Positions 7,027 to 17,408 of a DNA stretch of 64,000 bases are shown piece after piece. The notes under the pieces were generated by a model that saw only the letters and a program-made list of their open reading frames with translations, was not told the origin of the DNA and ran no database searches. Source of the DNA: an uncultured Lachnospiraceae bacterium (GTDB lineage: Bacteria > Bacillota > Clostridia > Christensenellales > UBA1242); the NCBI GenBank assembly GCA_964606505.1, contig CAZSGM010000001.1:18859-82858 (forward strand). The letters are read 5' to 3'. The translations under genes and the position numbers were made by a program. The stretch's first letter is position 1, and every line of letters starts with the position of its first letter.

Positions 7027-10000
7027 TTATTTTTTATCTTTTGTTTTGCTTGCAGTCTTGCTATTTGCGGATTTCTTTGAGGTCGTTTTGCTTTCCGCTT
7101 TAGAAGCCGACGTTTCGCTTTCCGCTTTGGTGGTGGCTGCTTTACTGTTTGTCCTTGCGGCGACTTTCTTAGTTTCTGCTTTTGCGGATGTTTTTACAGC
7201 TCCGCCTTTGCTTGTGGAAGTTTTTACGGGTTTTACGTCCGCGGTTTTATCTGTTCCCTTTTTGGTTTCAGCTTCGACTTCCACTTTGTCAGTTTTATTT
7301 GTTTTCTCTTCTGCAGTAGGCGTGCTGTCGCCCACGAGTGCGATAGCGTCGCCGCTTTCAAGTTGTGCAACTTCACTGCTTGCTACAGTTGGCGCACTCA
7401 CGAGTGGCACAAACTTAGCCTTTAAGGTTGTTTTCTCAATAAGTTTATCGAAAATCAACAAACATTGCGGCAATACAAACAGGATTGTCAACACTGACAA
7501 CAATGCACCGCGTCCAATTAAGTTTCCGATTGACCTAAGCAATGGGATTGTCGAAACCCAACTAATTGTAAACGCTGCAAGAACAAGGATTGTTCCACTT
7601 GTGATGATTGTAGTGAACGAGTTCCCAATCGCGGTTTTGATTGCCTCAAACTTGTTTTGCTTGCGGCGGGCAGTGAGATACCTATCGGTAAGCAAGATTG
7701 CGTAATCGATAGTTGCGCCCATTTGAATTGCCATTGCAAGCAAGTAGCAAATGAAGTAAACGCTGTCGCCCATTATGCTTGAAAGCCCGAGGTTAATCCA
7801 AATCGCGCCTTGAATTGCAAGTACCAAAATAACTGGAATACTTGCCGACCTAAATGTCAACAACACGATAAGGAAGATTAGCAAAATTGTTATGAGGTCA
7901 GTCTTTAACTTATCCGTACTAAACACTTCCATTGTACTTATAACATTCTCAGAGTTGCTAACAATATATGCACTTTCAAAATTCTCATTCAAATAATCTT
8001 GCAAGTCTCTGATAAAATCAAGTGCTTTTTCGTCTGCAACATCCAAATTCATATTGAAGAGCATTCTGTCGCAGTTTTCGCTAACGAGCATTTGTTCTGC
8101 GCTTGAAAGTGTAGCGTAGTAACCGTCAATTGTCGCCTGCTTAAATACCCCAATTTGTGTGCGGATTTCTTGGTTATTGTGCGCGTATTCCACAAACTGC
8201 AAGTTGTAAATTGTGCTGCTTGCGCTGCTAGCGTCTTGCCCATAGTAGGTAAACATTGCGCCAACTTGCGCCTGCGTTAAGCCATACTCACTGCAAATTG
8301 CTTGCGCTGTCAACTTACTAAACGCAGCCGTATTGTATGCGTCTGAAATTACTTCAACTTGGCTTCTACCCTCAACATCGTTTTCATAAATGTACGCCAA
8401 AATCTTGTAGTTTTGGACAGTGTCAGTATCTTGCAATGTATCGACACCTAAAATTGCCTTAAAGACGTTATTCATTGCGTCTTGGCTTGATAGCGCGTAG
8501 GTAGCCTGCGCTTGCGCCGCTGTCAATGCCACATACAAGTTGTTTGCGGCAATCTGCGCATAGAGGTTGTTGACTGTGGCTTCCGCCGCTGCAGGTAAAA
8601 CCGTTCTCTCCAAGTGGAGTGCGGTTACCACATCGGCAAGGTAAACGCTGTCCGTTGCAGGGTTTTTACCAAGCAAAGTAAACAGTCTATCAATTTTTGT
8701 AACAACTTCCGTATCCGCTTCGGTTACGCCGAACATAACCATAATTTGCGCTTTTGTCATCGTTTGCGCATAGAAGTCAGTTGTTGCAAGCGCGGTGCTT
8801 GAGTTTATGTAGTTTTGCTCAAACTTATCGGCGTCCGCGAAGTAATTGTTGATATATTCAACAAGCGCCCTTTCAGCCGCAACACCTGCGTCTCTATCGT
8901 CGTTTTTGCCGACCATAACTACTAGCGCATTTTGTTTGCCAAATGTTTCCTCAATCTTCGCTTGGTCAGTCGCTACAACCCCTGCACTTGAGCCGCTTTC
9001 AACGACGTAAGTGAAGTTGACGTTGCTTTCAAAATATAGACCGACGGCAACAATGCACAAAAACAGAATTGGCATAACAAAGCGCGTCTTTTTAGCAAAA
9101 GTTCCAATCTTATCCATTTTTGGCATAAAGCTGCGATGACGAGTTTTTTCAATTCCTTTCGCAAGCATCATAATTACGCTTGGCATAAAGAACAGAACCG
9201 CCAAAACGCCTATGAACACACCCTTCGCCAAAACCATACCGATATCGAACCCGATTGTGAAGTCCATAAACATCAACGCGACAAGCCCCGCGATAACCGT
9301 CAATGAACTTGCGACAATCGCAAGGAACGACCCCGCGAGTGCTTTAGTCATCGCTGTTTTTGCGTCAACACCCTTCTCCATTTCCTCACGGTATCTGTGG
9401 CAAAGCACGATACAGTAGTCCATAACAAGTGCAATCAACATAATCGAACTTATCGACTGTGTAACGCACGAAATCTCGCCCATCACAAGGTTTGTACCCA
9501 TATTGATGACAATTGAGCAGCCGATAACAATCAGGTAAACAAGCGGCTCGAGCCACGAACGCGACGTTAGGAACAAAACCAAAATTACAATCGCAACCGC
9601 AATCAACAGGATAATCATCAACTCCGAGCCAATCGCCTCTTGACTGCCCACGGTTTCAACCGCCGAACCGCCGAGCGCAAAGTCGTACCCGTCGAGGAAC
9701 GCCTTTAAGCTGTCTATCGACTCCTTAGTTTCGGGACTGTAATCGCTCTTTTCAAAGAAAACGCTCAAAAGTGCCTTGTTGTCTTTGTAGCACGCTTCTT
9801 TTTCTGCGTCAAATGAAATGCTTGCAACACCTGTAACGTCATCACTAGCCAAAATATCTTTAACCAGTTGAGTCGCGCCCTCTTTAGTTATGTTTTCAAC
9901 CATAATGCAGGCGGTTCCGCTTGCCCCAAATTCGTCCTCCATAACCTCAAGCGCAACTTTTGTACTTGAGTCGTTAGGAAGATACTTGGTAAAGTCGTAG

Positions 10001-10110
10001 TTTATTCCAACGTGCGGAATCATAAAAACACTAGCAACCACCAACGCCATAAATAGCCCAAATAGGTAATATCTGAATTTTACAACAAATTCTGCTATCT
10101 TCTTAAACAT
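7027..10110 (-). CDS. MMPL/RND-superfamily membrane transporter with a Lys/Thr/Ser/Ala-rich C-terminal tail
   Basis: 1027 aa with two multi-TM bundles separated by large soluble regions. N-terminus ..FRYYLFGLF..DFTKYLP is typical of Firmicute MMPL proteins. The last ~100 aa are low-complexity and basic. Confidence 0.75.
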   Translation of the reverse strand: MFKKIAEFVVKFRYYLFGLFMALVVASVFMIPHVGINYDFTKYLPNDSSTKVALEVMEDEFGASGTACIMVENITKEGATQLVKDILASDDVTGVASISFDAEKEACYKDNKALLSVFFEKSDYSPETKESIDSLKAFLDGYDFALGGSAVETVGSQEAIGSELMIILLIAVAIVILVLFLTSRSWLEPLVYLIVIGCSIVINMGTNLVMGEISCVTQSISSIMLIALVMDYCIVLCHRYREEMEKGVDAKTAMTKALAGSFLAIVASSLTVIAGLVALMFMDFTIGFDIGMVLAKGVFIGVLAVLFFMPSVIMMLAKGIEKTRHRSFMPKMDKIGTFAKKTRFVMPILFLCIVAVGLYFESNVNFTYVVESGSSAGVVATDQAKIEETFGKQNALVVMVGKNDDRDAGVAAERALVEYINNYFADADKFEQNYINSSTALATTDFYAQTMTKAQIMVMFGVTEADTEVVTKIDRLFTLLGKNPATDSVYLADVVTALHLERTVLPAAAEATVNNLYAQIAANNLYVALTAAQAQATYALSSQDAMNNVFKAILGVDTLQDTDTVQNYKILAYIYENDVEGRSQVEVISDAYNTAAFSKLTAQAICSEYGLTQAQVGAMFTYYGQDASSASSTIYNLQFVEYAHNNQEIRTQIGVFKQATIDGYYATLSSAEQMLVSENCDRMLFNMNLDVADEKALDFIRDLQDYLNENFESAYIVSNSENVISTMEVFSTDKLKTDLITILLIFLIVLLTFRSASIPVILVLAIQGAIWINLGLSSIMGDSVYFICYLLAMAIQMGATIDYAILLTDRYLTARRKQNKFEAIKTAIGNSFTTIITSGTILVLAAFTISWVSTIPLLRSIGNLIGRGALLSVLTILFVLPQCLLIFDKLIEKTTLKAKFVPLVSAPTVASSEVAQLESGDAIALVGDSTPTAEEKTNKTDKVEVEAETKKGTDKTADVKPVKTSTSKGGAVKTSAKAETKKVAARTNSKAATTKAESETSASKAESKTTSKKSANSKTASKTKDKK

Positions 10111-10436
10111 CTCTATCTCCTTTGTATTGTTTTCAAAACTTCCCGCAAAGCAAGCGCTGTTATTTTTTAATAACCCTTACCAACTAAAGGTTATCAATAA
10201 AATTTATCAATAGACTTTCAAACTCATTAATAAAACGCTTCTGCTATACTAGCCAAAAACTGCAGTTTTGAATTATTAAAATAAAAAACACACGCAAAGT
10301 TTAGATTTTCAAAACCTCTTTGCGCTACTAATAGAATTATATTAGAAATTTGTCGAAAAATCAATGCTTTAAGTACTTATATTTTGAATTTCGTGTATAG
10401 TTAATCGACATTTATCTTTAAAATGTAGACAAAATA

Positions 10437-11051
10437 TCATAATTCCAGTTCATTTTCGTTATATTTTTTGAGTTTCCACTCATAAGCAAGCGTTTTTAGG
10501 ATAAGTCGCGCCTGCAAATCAAACACCTTTTCGTTTGTAAACTCCATTAGTTTATCCATTGGCACAAGTTCATAGGTTATGAACTCAGACGCTTCTAGGC
10601 ATGCGCCCTCAAATGTTTCGACCTCGGCGGCAAAGCATACAACGGTTTCGTCGCTCATTCCCACCGAAGAATAAGACGCATCGTCAATTTTGACAAGTTG
10701 CTTTACTTTTGCGCCCACCTCCTCAAGCAGTTCGCGTTCGGCGGCTTGTTCGGGCGTTTCCCCCGAGTCAATGTTCCCCGCAGGCGTTGAGTAGACGTAA
10801 TCGGCAATTGGAAAACGATACTCTTTTGTAACGACGGCGAAAGCTGTTCCGCCCATTTTTACGTATGGCGCAATTCGGACAACATCGGCACGTCTTTCGC
10901 TTGTGGTTGCCTTTAAGTCGGCCATATTGCGACGCGACACAACATAGTAGTCGACCTCGTTTCCGTTTACGTCAAACAAAATACGGTACAAATTCAAAAA
11001 CTTTGTGTCCGTCATTTTTTCTAGACTTGTGATTTTAATTTTATCTTCCAT
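10437..11051 (-). CDS. NUDIX hydrolase (ADP-ribose pyrophosphatase-like)
   Basis: Nudix box GNIDSGETPEQAAERELLEEVGA. Confidence 0.85.
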   Translation of the reverse strand: MEDKIKITSLEKMTDTKFLNLYRILFDVNGNEVDYYVVSRRNMADLKATTSERRADVVRIAPYVKMGGTAFAVVTKEYRFPIADYVYSTPAGNIDSGETPEQAAERELLEEVGAKVKQLVKIDDASYSSVGMSDETVVCFAAEVETFEGACLEASEFITYELVPMDKLMEFTNEKVFDLQARLILKTLAYEWKLKKYNENELEL

Positions 11052-11291
11052 AGCAATCTCCCATTCACTTATTGTAACTTATTTATTATATAACACTTTT
11101 AAGCAATTACAAATTAATTTTACCCCACTCAAGAAAATTATATTTTTTGTATTTACCCGCAAAAGTTCAAAAACTTAACAAAAAGCAAGTTGTATAATTA
11201 ATTCTATTCGGATGAGCAAAATTGCGCCTATTGCACCTAAATATATCTTACTCAAAAAGTCGCGCCACAACTCCCGCAACTTTTATGCAAC

Positions 11292-11320
11292 AAAAAAACC
11301 CGCGTACAAACGCGGGTTTA
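11292..11320 (-). terminator. intrinsic terminator after the zinc-ribbon gene
   Basis: ACCCGCG-TACAAA-CGCGGGT, followed by a T7 run on the minus strand. Confidence 0.7.
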
Positions 11321-11406
11321 AAATGCAAAACGCGGATAGGGTCAAAATGTCAGTTTTGCATTTTTCAATTTCTAGGGCTATTTTTTTTGAAACAAATTTG
11401 GGCACA

Positions 11407-11607
11407 TCAGCCGTTTCTAATGCGTCTAATTTCTTCCTCACCTTTTGCAGGCTCAAGTGTCTTACATCCACACATTGGGCATTCGTGTTTCTTGAATGGG
11501 TAATAAATAAGGTATGTACCACAAGATATCACAGCCCAAACTATAGAAAATTTCTTTTTGCCCTCGCAGTTTCTCATGCAGTTAGGACAATACAATCTTT
11601 TTGCCAT
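11407..11607 (-). CDS. small zinc-ribbon membrane protein (66 aa)
   Basis: CPNC ... CPMC pairs flank a hydrophobic segment. AGGAGG SD upstream and a terminator downstream. Competing overlapping ORFs lack these signals. Confidence 0.55.
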   Translation of the reverse strand: MAKRLYCPNCMRNCEGKKKFSIVWAVISCGTYLIYYPFKKHECPMCGCKTLEPAKGEEEIRRIRNG

Positions 11608-11782
11608 AGCGCTTCCTCCTTTTGTAATGACAACTTAATAATACCACAAAAAATAGTGAGAGTCAAGCGTTTTGTATATTTATTTGTATATATTTTATAT
11701 ATTTTTATGTATTTTTTGGGTTGCGCTATCCGCAATTGACAATGATAAATATTGATAAAATATTTGTTATGGAGGAACAATT

Positions 11783-12082
11783 ATGGAATTAACTGAAATA
11801 ATCGACCGAATTAGCCACATAAGAACAATAAAAGGATTGTCAGCCAGAGAGTTGAGCCTTTCAATCGGGAAAAATCCATCCTACATAAACCGACTTGAGT
11901 ACCGCAAGGACTTTGAACCGACAATTGGAGTCATAAACGACATCATCGAGGCGTGCGACTCAAGTTTTGAGGAATTTTTCCACTACGACATAGACGAGTA
12001 TAAGGCCGATAAAAAAATTTTGGAAATAATCAAAAATCTTTCACAAGAGAAAAAGGAGGCACTAATTAAATTGTTATCATAA
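11783..12082 (+). CDS. XRE-family helix-turn-helix transcriptional regulator
   Basis: IRTIKGLSARELSLSIGKNPSYINRLE is an HTH_3 pattern. GGAGG SD. Confidence 0.8.
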   Translation: MELTEIIDRISHIRTIKGLSARELSLSIGKNPSYINRLEYRKDFEPTIGVINDIIEACDSSFEEFFHYDIDEYKADKKILEIIKNLSQEKKEALIKLLS

Positions 12083-12185
12083 ATTAAAAAGTGCAAAGCA
12101 TATGCGCTATATTATTTTTTTTGTTTGTCATAACTGTTGACATATTTGCATAAATTTACTAAAATATTATCAATGAGGAGACATT

Positions 12186-13046
12186 ATGAACAAAGATAAT
12201 CTTGACAATACAGACGTTGTGGACGAAACGACCGAAAAGCGTGGAAACAATGCTTCGACACTGGCATTTATCTACGACTTGGACGGGACGTTGGTGGACG
12301 GATACCTTTACAATCAATGTTTTGACAAACTGCTAAACCTCAACCTTTCGGCTGAGTGGCCAAGCATTGTTGAAAAATCAATTGAATTTGACGCCATTCC
12401 AAATATGTACTTTACGTACAAACTCATTTGCGCGTTAAAACAAAAGGTTGTGGAAACGGGCAAAAGTTTGGGAGAAATTTACGACGAGTGCGTCAAAAAT
12501 GTAAGGTATTTTAAGGGCGTTGAAACGTGGTTTGACAACATCAATGTGTTTGCAAAAGAACACAATGTTGAAATCCAACATCACATCGTTTCGGCGGGAG
12601 ACAAAGAGCTGATTTCGCGCATCTCGATTGCGCCGTTCATTCAGCGAATTTACGGAAACACATTCATTTACGAAAACGGTGTTCCCATTTGGCCGGCAAA
12701 CACGATTACCGCTGTTGAAAAAACCGAGTACATTTACCGCATTTCAAAGGGGAAGTTTGCCCCTTACGACATCTCAATCTACGATAAATCAAACGACGAC
12801 GAGCGAAATGTTACGTTTGAAAACATTGTCTACTTCGGCGACGGGGAGACGGATGTTCCGTCAATGAAACTTGTAAAAAACAAGGGCGGACACTCTATTG
12901 CGGTTTACGGAGAGGACAAACGCGAAATCGCGCAAAAACTCGCCGACAACAACCGCGTCAACCACATCGCGCAAGCTGACTACCGCAAAGGAAGTGAACT
13001 TTACAACTACATCTGCTCACTCATAGAAACTGCCGCAAGTAAATAA
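12186..13046 (+). CDS. HAD-superfamily hydrolase
   Basis: Motif I is YDLDGTLVDG and motif IV is YFGDGETDVPSM. Confidence 0.75.
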   Translation: MNKDNLDNTDVVDETTEKRGNNASTLAFIYDLDGTLVDGYLYNQCFDKLLNLNLSAEWPSIVEKSIEFDAIPNMYFTYKLICALKQKVVETGKSLGEIYDECVKNVRYFKGVETWFDNINVFAKEHNVEIQHHIVSAGDKELISRISIAPFIQRIYGNTFIYENGVPIWPANTITAVEKTEYIYRISKGKFAPYDISIYDKSNDDERNVTFENIVYFGDGETDVPSMKLVKNKGGHSIAVYGEDKREIAQKLADNNRVNHIAQADYRKGSELYNYICSLIETAASK

Positions 13047-13477
13047 AACCGCTACGATCGGCAGCGAACAGCGCGAGCATTGCACTCACTAAAAAAAGAA
13101 GGCAAAATCTGAAGCGAACCGCCACAAAGTTCCTTTCAGTACATCTAGCCTTCTTTTTTATATTATTATAATCCAACTGCTTTTCCAACAACTGAGGAAT
13201 TTCCGCGTATGGATTTTTGTCTAATATCTTGCTTGCGAACAAAAAAAATTCCCCGTATTTTAGGAATGTTTTTGATAAATTTGTGAAATATACGCAAAAA
13301 CCATAAAAATAATTTAAGTTTTAAGGTTTTAATTATTCAAATCCAGCATTTATTATAACAACAATAAAAAACGTCGATGGTTAGGCTTTGCAAAACACGA
13401 AGCCCAATCAATCGGCGTTTGAATTATTTTTATAAAGATTTTAAGTCCAATTTGAAAACGTATTTTAATTCAAATGA

Positions 13478-13618
13478 TTACTTTCTAATAATATTAAATT
13501 TTTGTCTTGGGCACCTGCCACAGCATTGGCGCGCGCCCGTTTTGTAGGGGTCATAGTCAGGAATAAAACCCACAAAATATTGTCTTTGCTTATACTGCAA
13601 AATCTCGTTGATGTACAT
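13478..13618 (-). CDS. possible small Cys-containing protein (46 aa)
   Basis: Not in the track. AGGAG lies 6 nt before the ATG, 44 nt downstream of the Rho-like gene. MYINEILQYKQRQYFVGFIPDYDPYKTGARQCCGRCPRQKFNIIRK. Confidence 0.3.
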   Translation of the reverse strand: MYINEILQYKQRQYFVGFIPDYDPYKTGARQCCGRCPRQKFNIIRK

Positions 13619-13661
13619 AGTTCGCTCCTAAGCGAAACCCCTATTACATTATATGCGCAAA

Positions 13662-14816
13662 CTAATTTTCTTGTCTAACGCTTTTTGCCTCGCAAAGTTC
13701 TTTGTTTTCTTCAACCCAGACAACATTCATAAAGTTGCCAAAGTCCTTATGTTGTTCAATAAATTCACTAGAACAACCACCTATAACCGTGCAAGACCCT
13801 TGTTTTTCAAACCTGCGCGCCATAGCAAAGAACGACTTAATCGAGTAAAGCGCTTCTCTATCAAGTTTGTCAGGATAAACATCCTCTAAGTCAGGTATAA
13901 TCAACGCAACGTTGCGCCCGCTTTCCACAAGCCTTTTAACATAGCTAATGGCAACCTTAAGCGCAAAATATTGCAGATTTGGATTATCGCTAAACGTGCT
14001 ATGGAAAAGTTCAAACTTGCCTTGACTCTCATCCTTTAAAAGCGCAATTCTTTCCGGAGTTTCGTTCAGCGCAACAACAATTGTCCTCACATCCTTAGGC
14101 ATACTTGTCGCAACCGGCAAAGTGATTGCGCTCAATCTGCCGCGCTTGTCCCCAATAATTAACGCGCGGTCGCCATAGCACAATGGCGCTACCGTACTAA
14201 TTTGTTTAACAACCTCTGCATTGCCCGCAAGGTTAATCTTTTCTTTATCGAAAATTATTTTTTCTTCCTCAAAATTAGGTCTCTCTTTTCCATCAAACTT
14301 GCAGCCGTCGACTGTCAAAATGTTGACAACGTTAAGCATTTGAACTTCCCTGTTGTACTTCGCCTCGCAAGTAAGTTTACTCCCCTCACGAATTCCGTGC
14401 AACTCAATATATTCTTTAGACAAGTGCGCAATTCTTTCAACGCTCGCCGAGTTTTCAAACCCCACCAAAAAGTATTGGTAGTTGTTTTCCAACACAAACC
14501 CCTCAACCTTTACAAGTTCGCTCTCATTATATTTTGAAACATTCTTATTGAAAACAACATCGCCTTTGATGTCGCTTCCGCAAACTCCGTACACAAAGTT
14601 CACTTCACCATCCAGCGGCAAAAAGCAGCTCTTAGCAGGCCTGCCCTTGCTGTTTGCAGGATAGTATGGCTTACCGCGCCCACTCTGAATTTCCAAAATA
14701 CCTTTAATTAACTCGTCTCTTTTCTTTGTAGTTGGCGACCTAACGCCCACGTTTCTCGATAGAAACCTAAGTTGGTAAATACTGTACTTCTTTAATTGTT
14801 CTTCTGTATAAACCAT
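13662..14816 (-). CDS. Rho-like protein with a degenerate ATPase core (Rho_N domain retained)
   Basis: N-terminus YSIYQLRFLSRNVGVRSPTTKKRDELIKGIL is Rho_N-like. The C-terminal half is collinear with the Rho RecA domain, but the catalytic motifs are replaced (see findings). Confidence 0.65.
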   Translation of the reverse strand: MVYTEEQLKKYSIYQLRFLSRNVGVRSPTTKKRDELIKGILEIQSGRGKPYYPANSKGRPAKSCFLPLDGEVNFVYGVCGSDIKGDVVFNKNVSKYNESELVKVEGFVLENNYQYFLVGFENSASVERIAHLSKEYIELHGIREGSKLTCEAKYNREVQMLNVVNILTVDGCKFDGKERPNFEEEKIIFDKEKINLAGNAEVVKQISTVAPLCYGDRALIIGDKRGRLSAITLPVATSMPKDVRTIVVALNETPERIALLKDESQGKFELFHSTFSDNPNLQYFALKVAISYVKRLVESGRNVALIIPDLEDVYPDKLDREALYSIKSFFAMARRFEKQGSCTVIGGCSSEFIEQHKDFGNFMNVVWVEENKELCEAKSVRQEN

Positions 14817-15090
14817 ATACTCACCTGTTCTTCATTAGTTTTATTTTTAATAAAAATTCCCTATCCGACTTATTGTAACATAAAATTATTTTTTTTGCAA
14901 TATAATTTACAAATTTTTTACAATATTTTTTTCAATTGAAACAAAAGAGTTAAGTTTTTTTATTCTTAACTCCAGTTTTTATATTAATTTTAAAACCATC
15001 CTGACGTCAGCCTTTGAGATTTCCAAACAGCCTATTTAAAAACTGCAATTCCGTAAATTTAAAACTTACCACTTGACGCAACAATTGCTT

Positions 15091-15822
15091 TTAGCTGACA
15101 TATTGGACGTCCTTTTCGCCCTTTAGGTGTTCAGGGATTTCATCCGCCTCAATGTCAGCGTCGTCATCCATATCGTTTTTGATTTGCTGCAACTCTTCGT
15201 CAACCTCTTTCTCTTCGGTTTCGTCCTCTGCCTCGTCGCCGTCGCCAATGTCGTACTCGTTGTACATACTCTCTGTTGTGTTACCTACGTTCAAAATCTG
15301 TATGCGCTCAAGCAGTGTTTCGTAATTTGGCAAGTCGTCGAGCGCGGTCAGGTCAAAACGTTTTAAAAACTCGTCCGTCGTTCCAAACAACAGCGGCTTC
15401 CCGACAACGTCCTTTCTTCCAACGACCTCAATCAAGTTGTGCCCCAACAAAACCTGAATAGCGTAGTCGCTACTAACGCCGCGCACGCTCTCAATTTCGA
15501 GCCTTGTAATAGGCTGCTTGTACGCAATTATCGCCATCGTTTCAAGCGCAGCCTTTGTGAGCGCCTTTTCCTTAATTGGATTCAACACGTCGGCAATAAA
15601 GTCAGAATACTCAGGGTTAGAAGAAAGTTGAACCTTGTTTTTATATGTAATCACGTTTATGCCGCAAGGGGAGACGTATTTTTTCTTCAAACTCTCGACT
15701 GCACCCTTTACCTTGTCGACGCTAACGTTGAGTTTCGACGCAATATCGTCGACCTCAACGCCTTGCCCCGCCACAAATAATATCGACATAACTATTTCAT
15801 CTAAGTTATCCAATCTATCCAT
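15091..15822 (-). CDS. scpB: segregation and condensation protein B
   Basis: ITRLEIESVRGVSSDYAIQVLL..LIEVVGRKDVVGKPLLFGTT. Start trimmed to the ATG overlapping the scpA stop (ATGGATAG). Acidic tail. Confidence 0.85.
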   Translation of the reverse strand: MDRLDNLDEIVMSILFVAGQGVEVDDIASKLNVSVDKVKGAVESLKKKYVSPCGINVITYKNKVQLSSNPEYSDFIADVLNPIKEKALTKAALETMAIIAYKQPITRLEIESVRGVSSDYAIQVLLGHNLIEVVGRKDVVGKPLLFGTTDEFLKRFDLTALDDLPNYETLLERIQILNVGNTTESMYNEYDIGDGDEAEDETEEKEVDEELQQIKNDMDDDADIEADEIPEHLKGEKDVQYVS

Positions 15823-16741
15823 TGTTGTCCTCACTTTCCTCAGTTTTTTCTGTTGTTTGCCCTTCGACATAGTCAGGGTTTTTGATAATCAAAATATCCT
15901 CAAACAGTTCCGCCTGCGTAACCCTAATAAACTGCAGCTTCATAAGTTCGAGCATTGCTTGAAAGGTCGAAATTATTTCAGATTTTGAATAGTCGCTATC
16001 AAACATCTCGCTAAAGTGAACCTGCTCTCTTTCGTTCAACACGATTTTCAAGGTAAACATCTTCTCCGCGACGGTAAACCTGTCCTTTTCAATCTTTCTT
16101 TGCACGCTTACCGTCGTCTTTTGCTGCAACTTAATCATCATTTTAGTGAACGCGTTCAAAAGGTTGTCCATATTCATTTGCTTTAAGACGTACCTAAAGT
16201 CGTTGACTGACTCGTCAGGCTCCTTATAGAACCTGTCGATGTCCTCAATTTTTTGCAGTTCAACCGCCGCTTCTTTCATAATCTTGTATTCTTCAATCTT
16301 GCGCAACAATTCCTTTTCAGGGTCGACTTCATCTTCCTTAGGTTCTTCTGGCTTTGGCAAGAGCGCCTTAACCTTTATCTCAAGCAATGTCGCCGCAACC
16401 GCCAAAAACTCGCTCGCCTGCTCTAGGTCAAAACTTTCCGACTCACGGATATATTTTAGATACTCGTCCGTGATTTCACTCAAAATAACCGTTTTGAGGT
16501 CGACCTTATTGTCGTCCATAATTGCAAGCAGCAACTCATATGGGTTGTCAAAGTTTTTGATGTTATACTTATTCTCGTCGTCTGCCGCTGTTTGGGTTTG
16601 CTCATCTTGCGCCGCGCCCGCGGTTTGCGCGTCTTGCGTTACATCCTTATTTTGCTCAAGGAACTCCGCATTGGTAAGCATTACGTTTTTACTCTCGCTG
16701 TCGACCACTTTGTCGACTTCATTTTCTAAAACTTCGTCCAT
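15815..16741 (-). CDS. scpA: segregation and condensation protein A (kleisin)
   Basis: FDNPYELLLAIMDDNKVDLKTVILSEITDEYLKYI is the ScpA signature. Located upstream of scpB. Confidence 0.85.
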   Translation of the reverse strand: MDEVLENEVDKVVDSESKNVMLTNAEFLEQNKDVTQDAQTAGAAQDEQTQTAADDENKYNIKNFDNPYELLLAIMDDNKVDLKTVILSEITDEYLKYIRESESFDLEQASEFLAVAATLLEIKVKALLPKPEEPKEDEVDPEKELLRKIEEYKIMKEAAVELQKIEDIDRFYKEPDESVNDFRYVLKQMNMDNLLNAFTKMMIKLQQKTTVSVQRKIEKDRFTVAEKMFTLKIVLNEREQVHFSEMFDSDYSKSEIISTFQAMLELMKLQFIRVTQAELFEDILIIKNPDYVEGQTTEKTEESEDNNG

Positions 16742-16751
16742 TTTTTACTCC

Positions 16752-17408
16752 TTAGAAAATCAAATCCCAGAAACCACTAAACGCGCCCGCTGCGGCGTTG
16801 ACCACGTACCCCAATACAAGGCTCACAAGCCCCGAAATTACTAGGATAACGAGCAAAATTTGCCCGTAACGCATATTGAAATCAACAAACTTGTTGTCAT
16901 AGCGCATAAACGCATTCAAGAAGTTAAATCCATCAAGCGGATAAATCGGTAACAAGTTAAACACTGCAAGCGACAAGTTGATTGTCATCCCAAACATAAA
17001 CAAGTACGCAAGGAAGAACTTGAACGCGCCCTCAATCATATAGTTGATTACGCAAACATATAACCCCGCGCAAACAAACGCCAGCACAATGTTTGTAACA
17101 ATTCCTGCAAGCGAAACCGCTATAACGCCCTTTTTGTGGTTGCGGAAATTGAGAGTGTTAATCGGCACGGGTTTTGCCCAACCAAACCCAACTAACACAA
17201 AACATATAAGTCCAATCAAGTCAAAGTGCGCCAGCGGGTTAATCGTCAAACGCCCATACGCTTTAGGTGTATTGTCGCCCATTTTATACGCGACGTAACT
17301 ATGGCTAAACTCGTGCATAACAATCGCAGCCACGATTGCTATTAGGTACGCAACCAACAATAAGACTGCTTCCCCTGCACTCAAGCCACTTAATAAACTA
17401 AATATCAT
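16752..17408 (-). CDS. site-2 protease family (M50) membrane metalloprotease
   Basis: HEFSHSYVAYKMGD (HExxH) in a polytopic membrane protein. Confidence 0.85.
   Translation of the reverse strand: MIFSLLSGLSAGEAVLLLVAYLIAIVAAIVMHEFSHSYVAYKMGDNTPKAYGRLTINPLAHFDLIGLICFVLVGFGWAKPVPINTLNFRNHKKGVIAVSLAGIVTNIVLAFVCAGLYVCVINYMIEGAFKFFLAYLFMFGMTINLSLAVFNLLPIYPLDGFNFLNAFMRYDNKFVDFNMRYGQILLVILVISGLVSLVLGYVVNAAAGAFSGFWDLIF

Noticed and set aside
6911-7705. 264-aa plus-strand ORF, and similar antisense ORFs opposite the MMPL, rmuC, scpA, dnaN and yidC genes.
   Set aside because: They are antisense to well-supported genes, low-complexity, and lack an SD.
11212-11739. 175-aa and 93-aa plus-strand ORFs overlapping the zinc-ribbon gene.
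   Set aside because: They run through a clear terminator hairpin and lack an SD. The minus-strand 66-aa ORF has AGGAGG, Cys pairs and a terminator.
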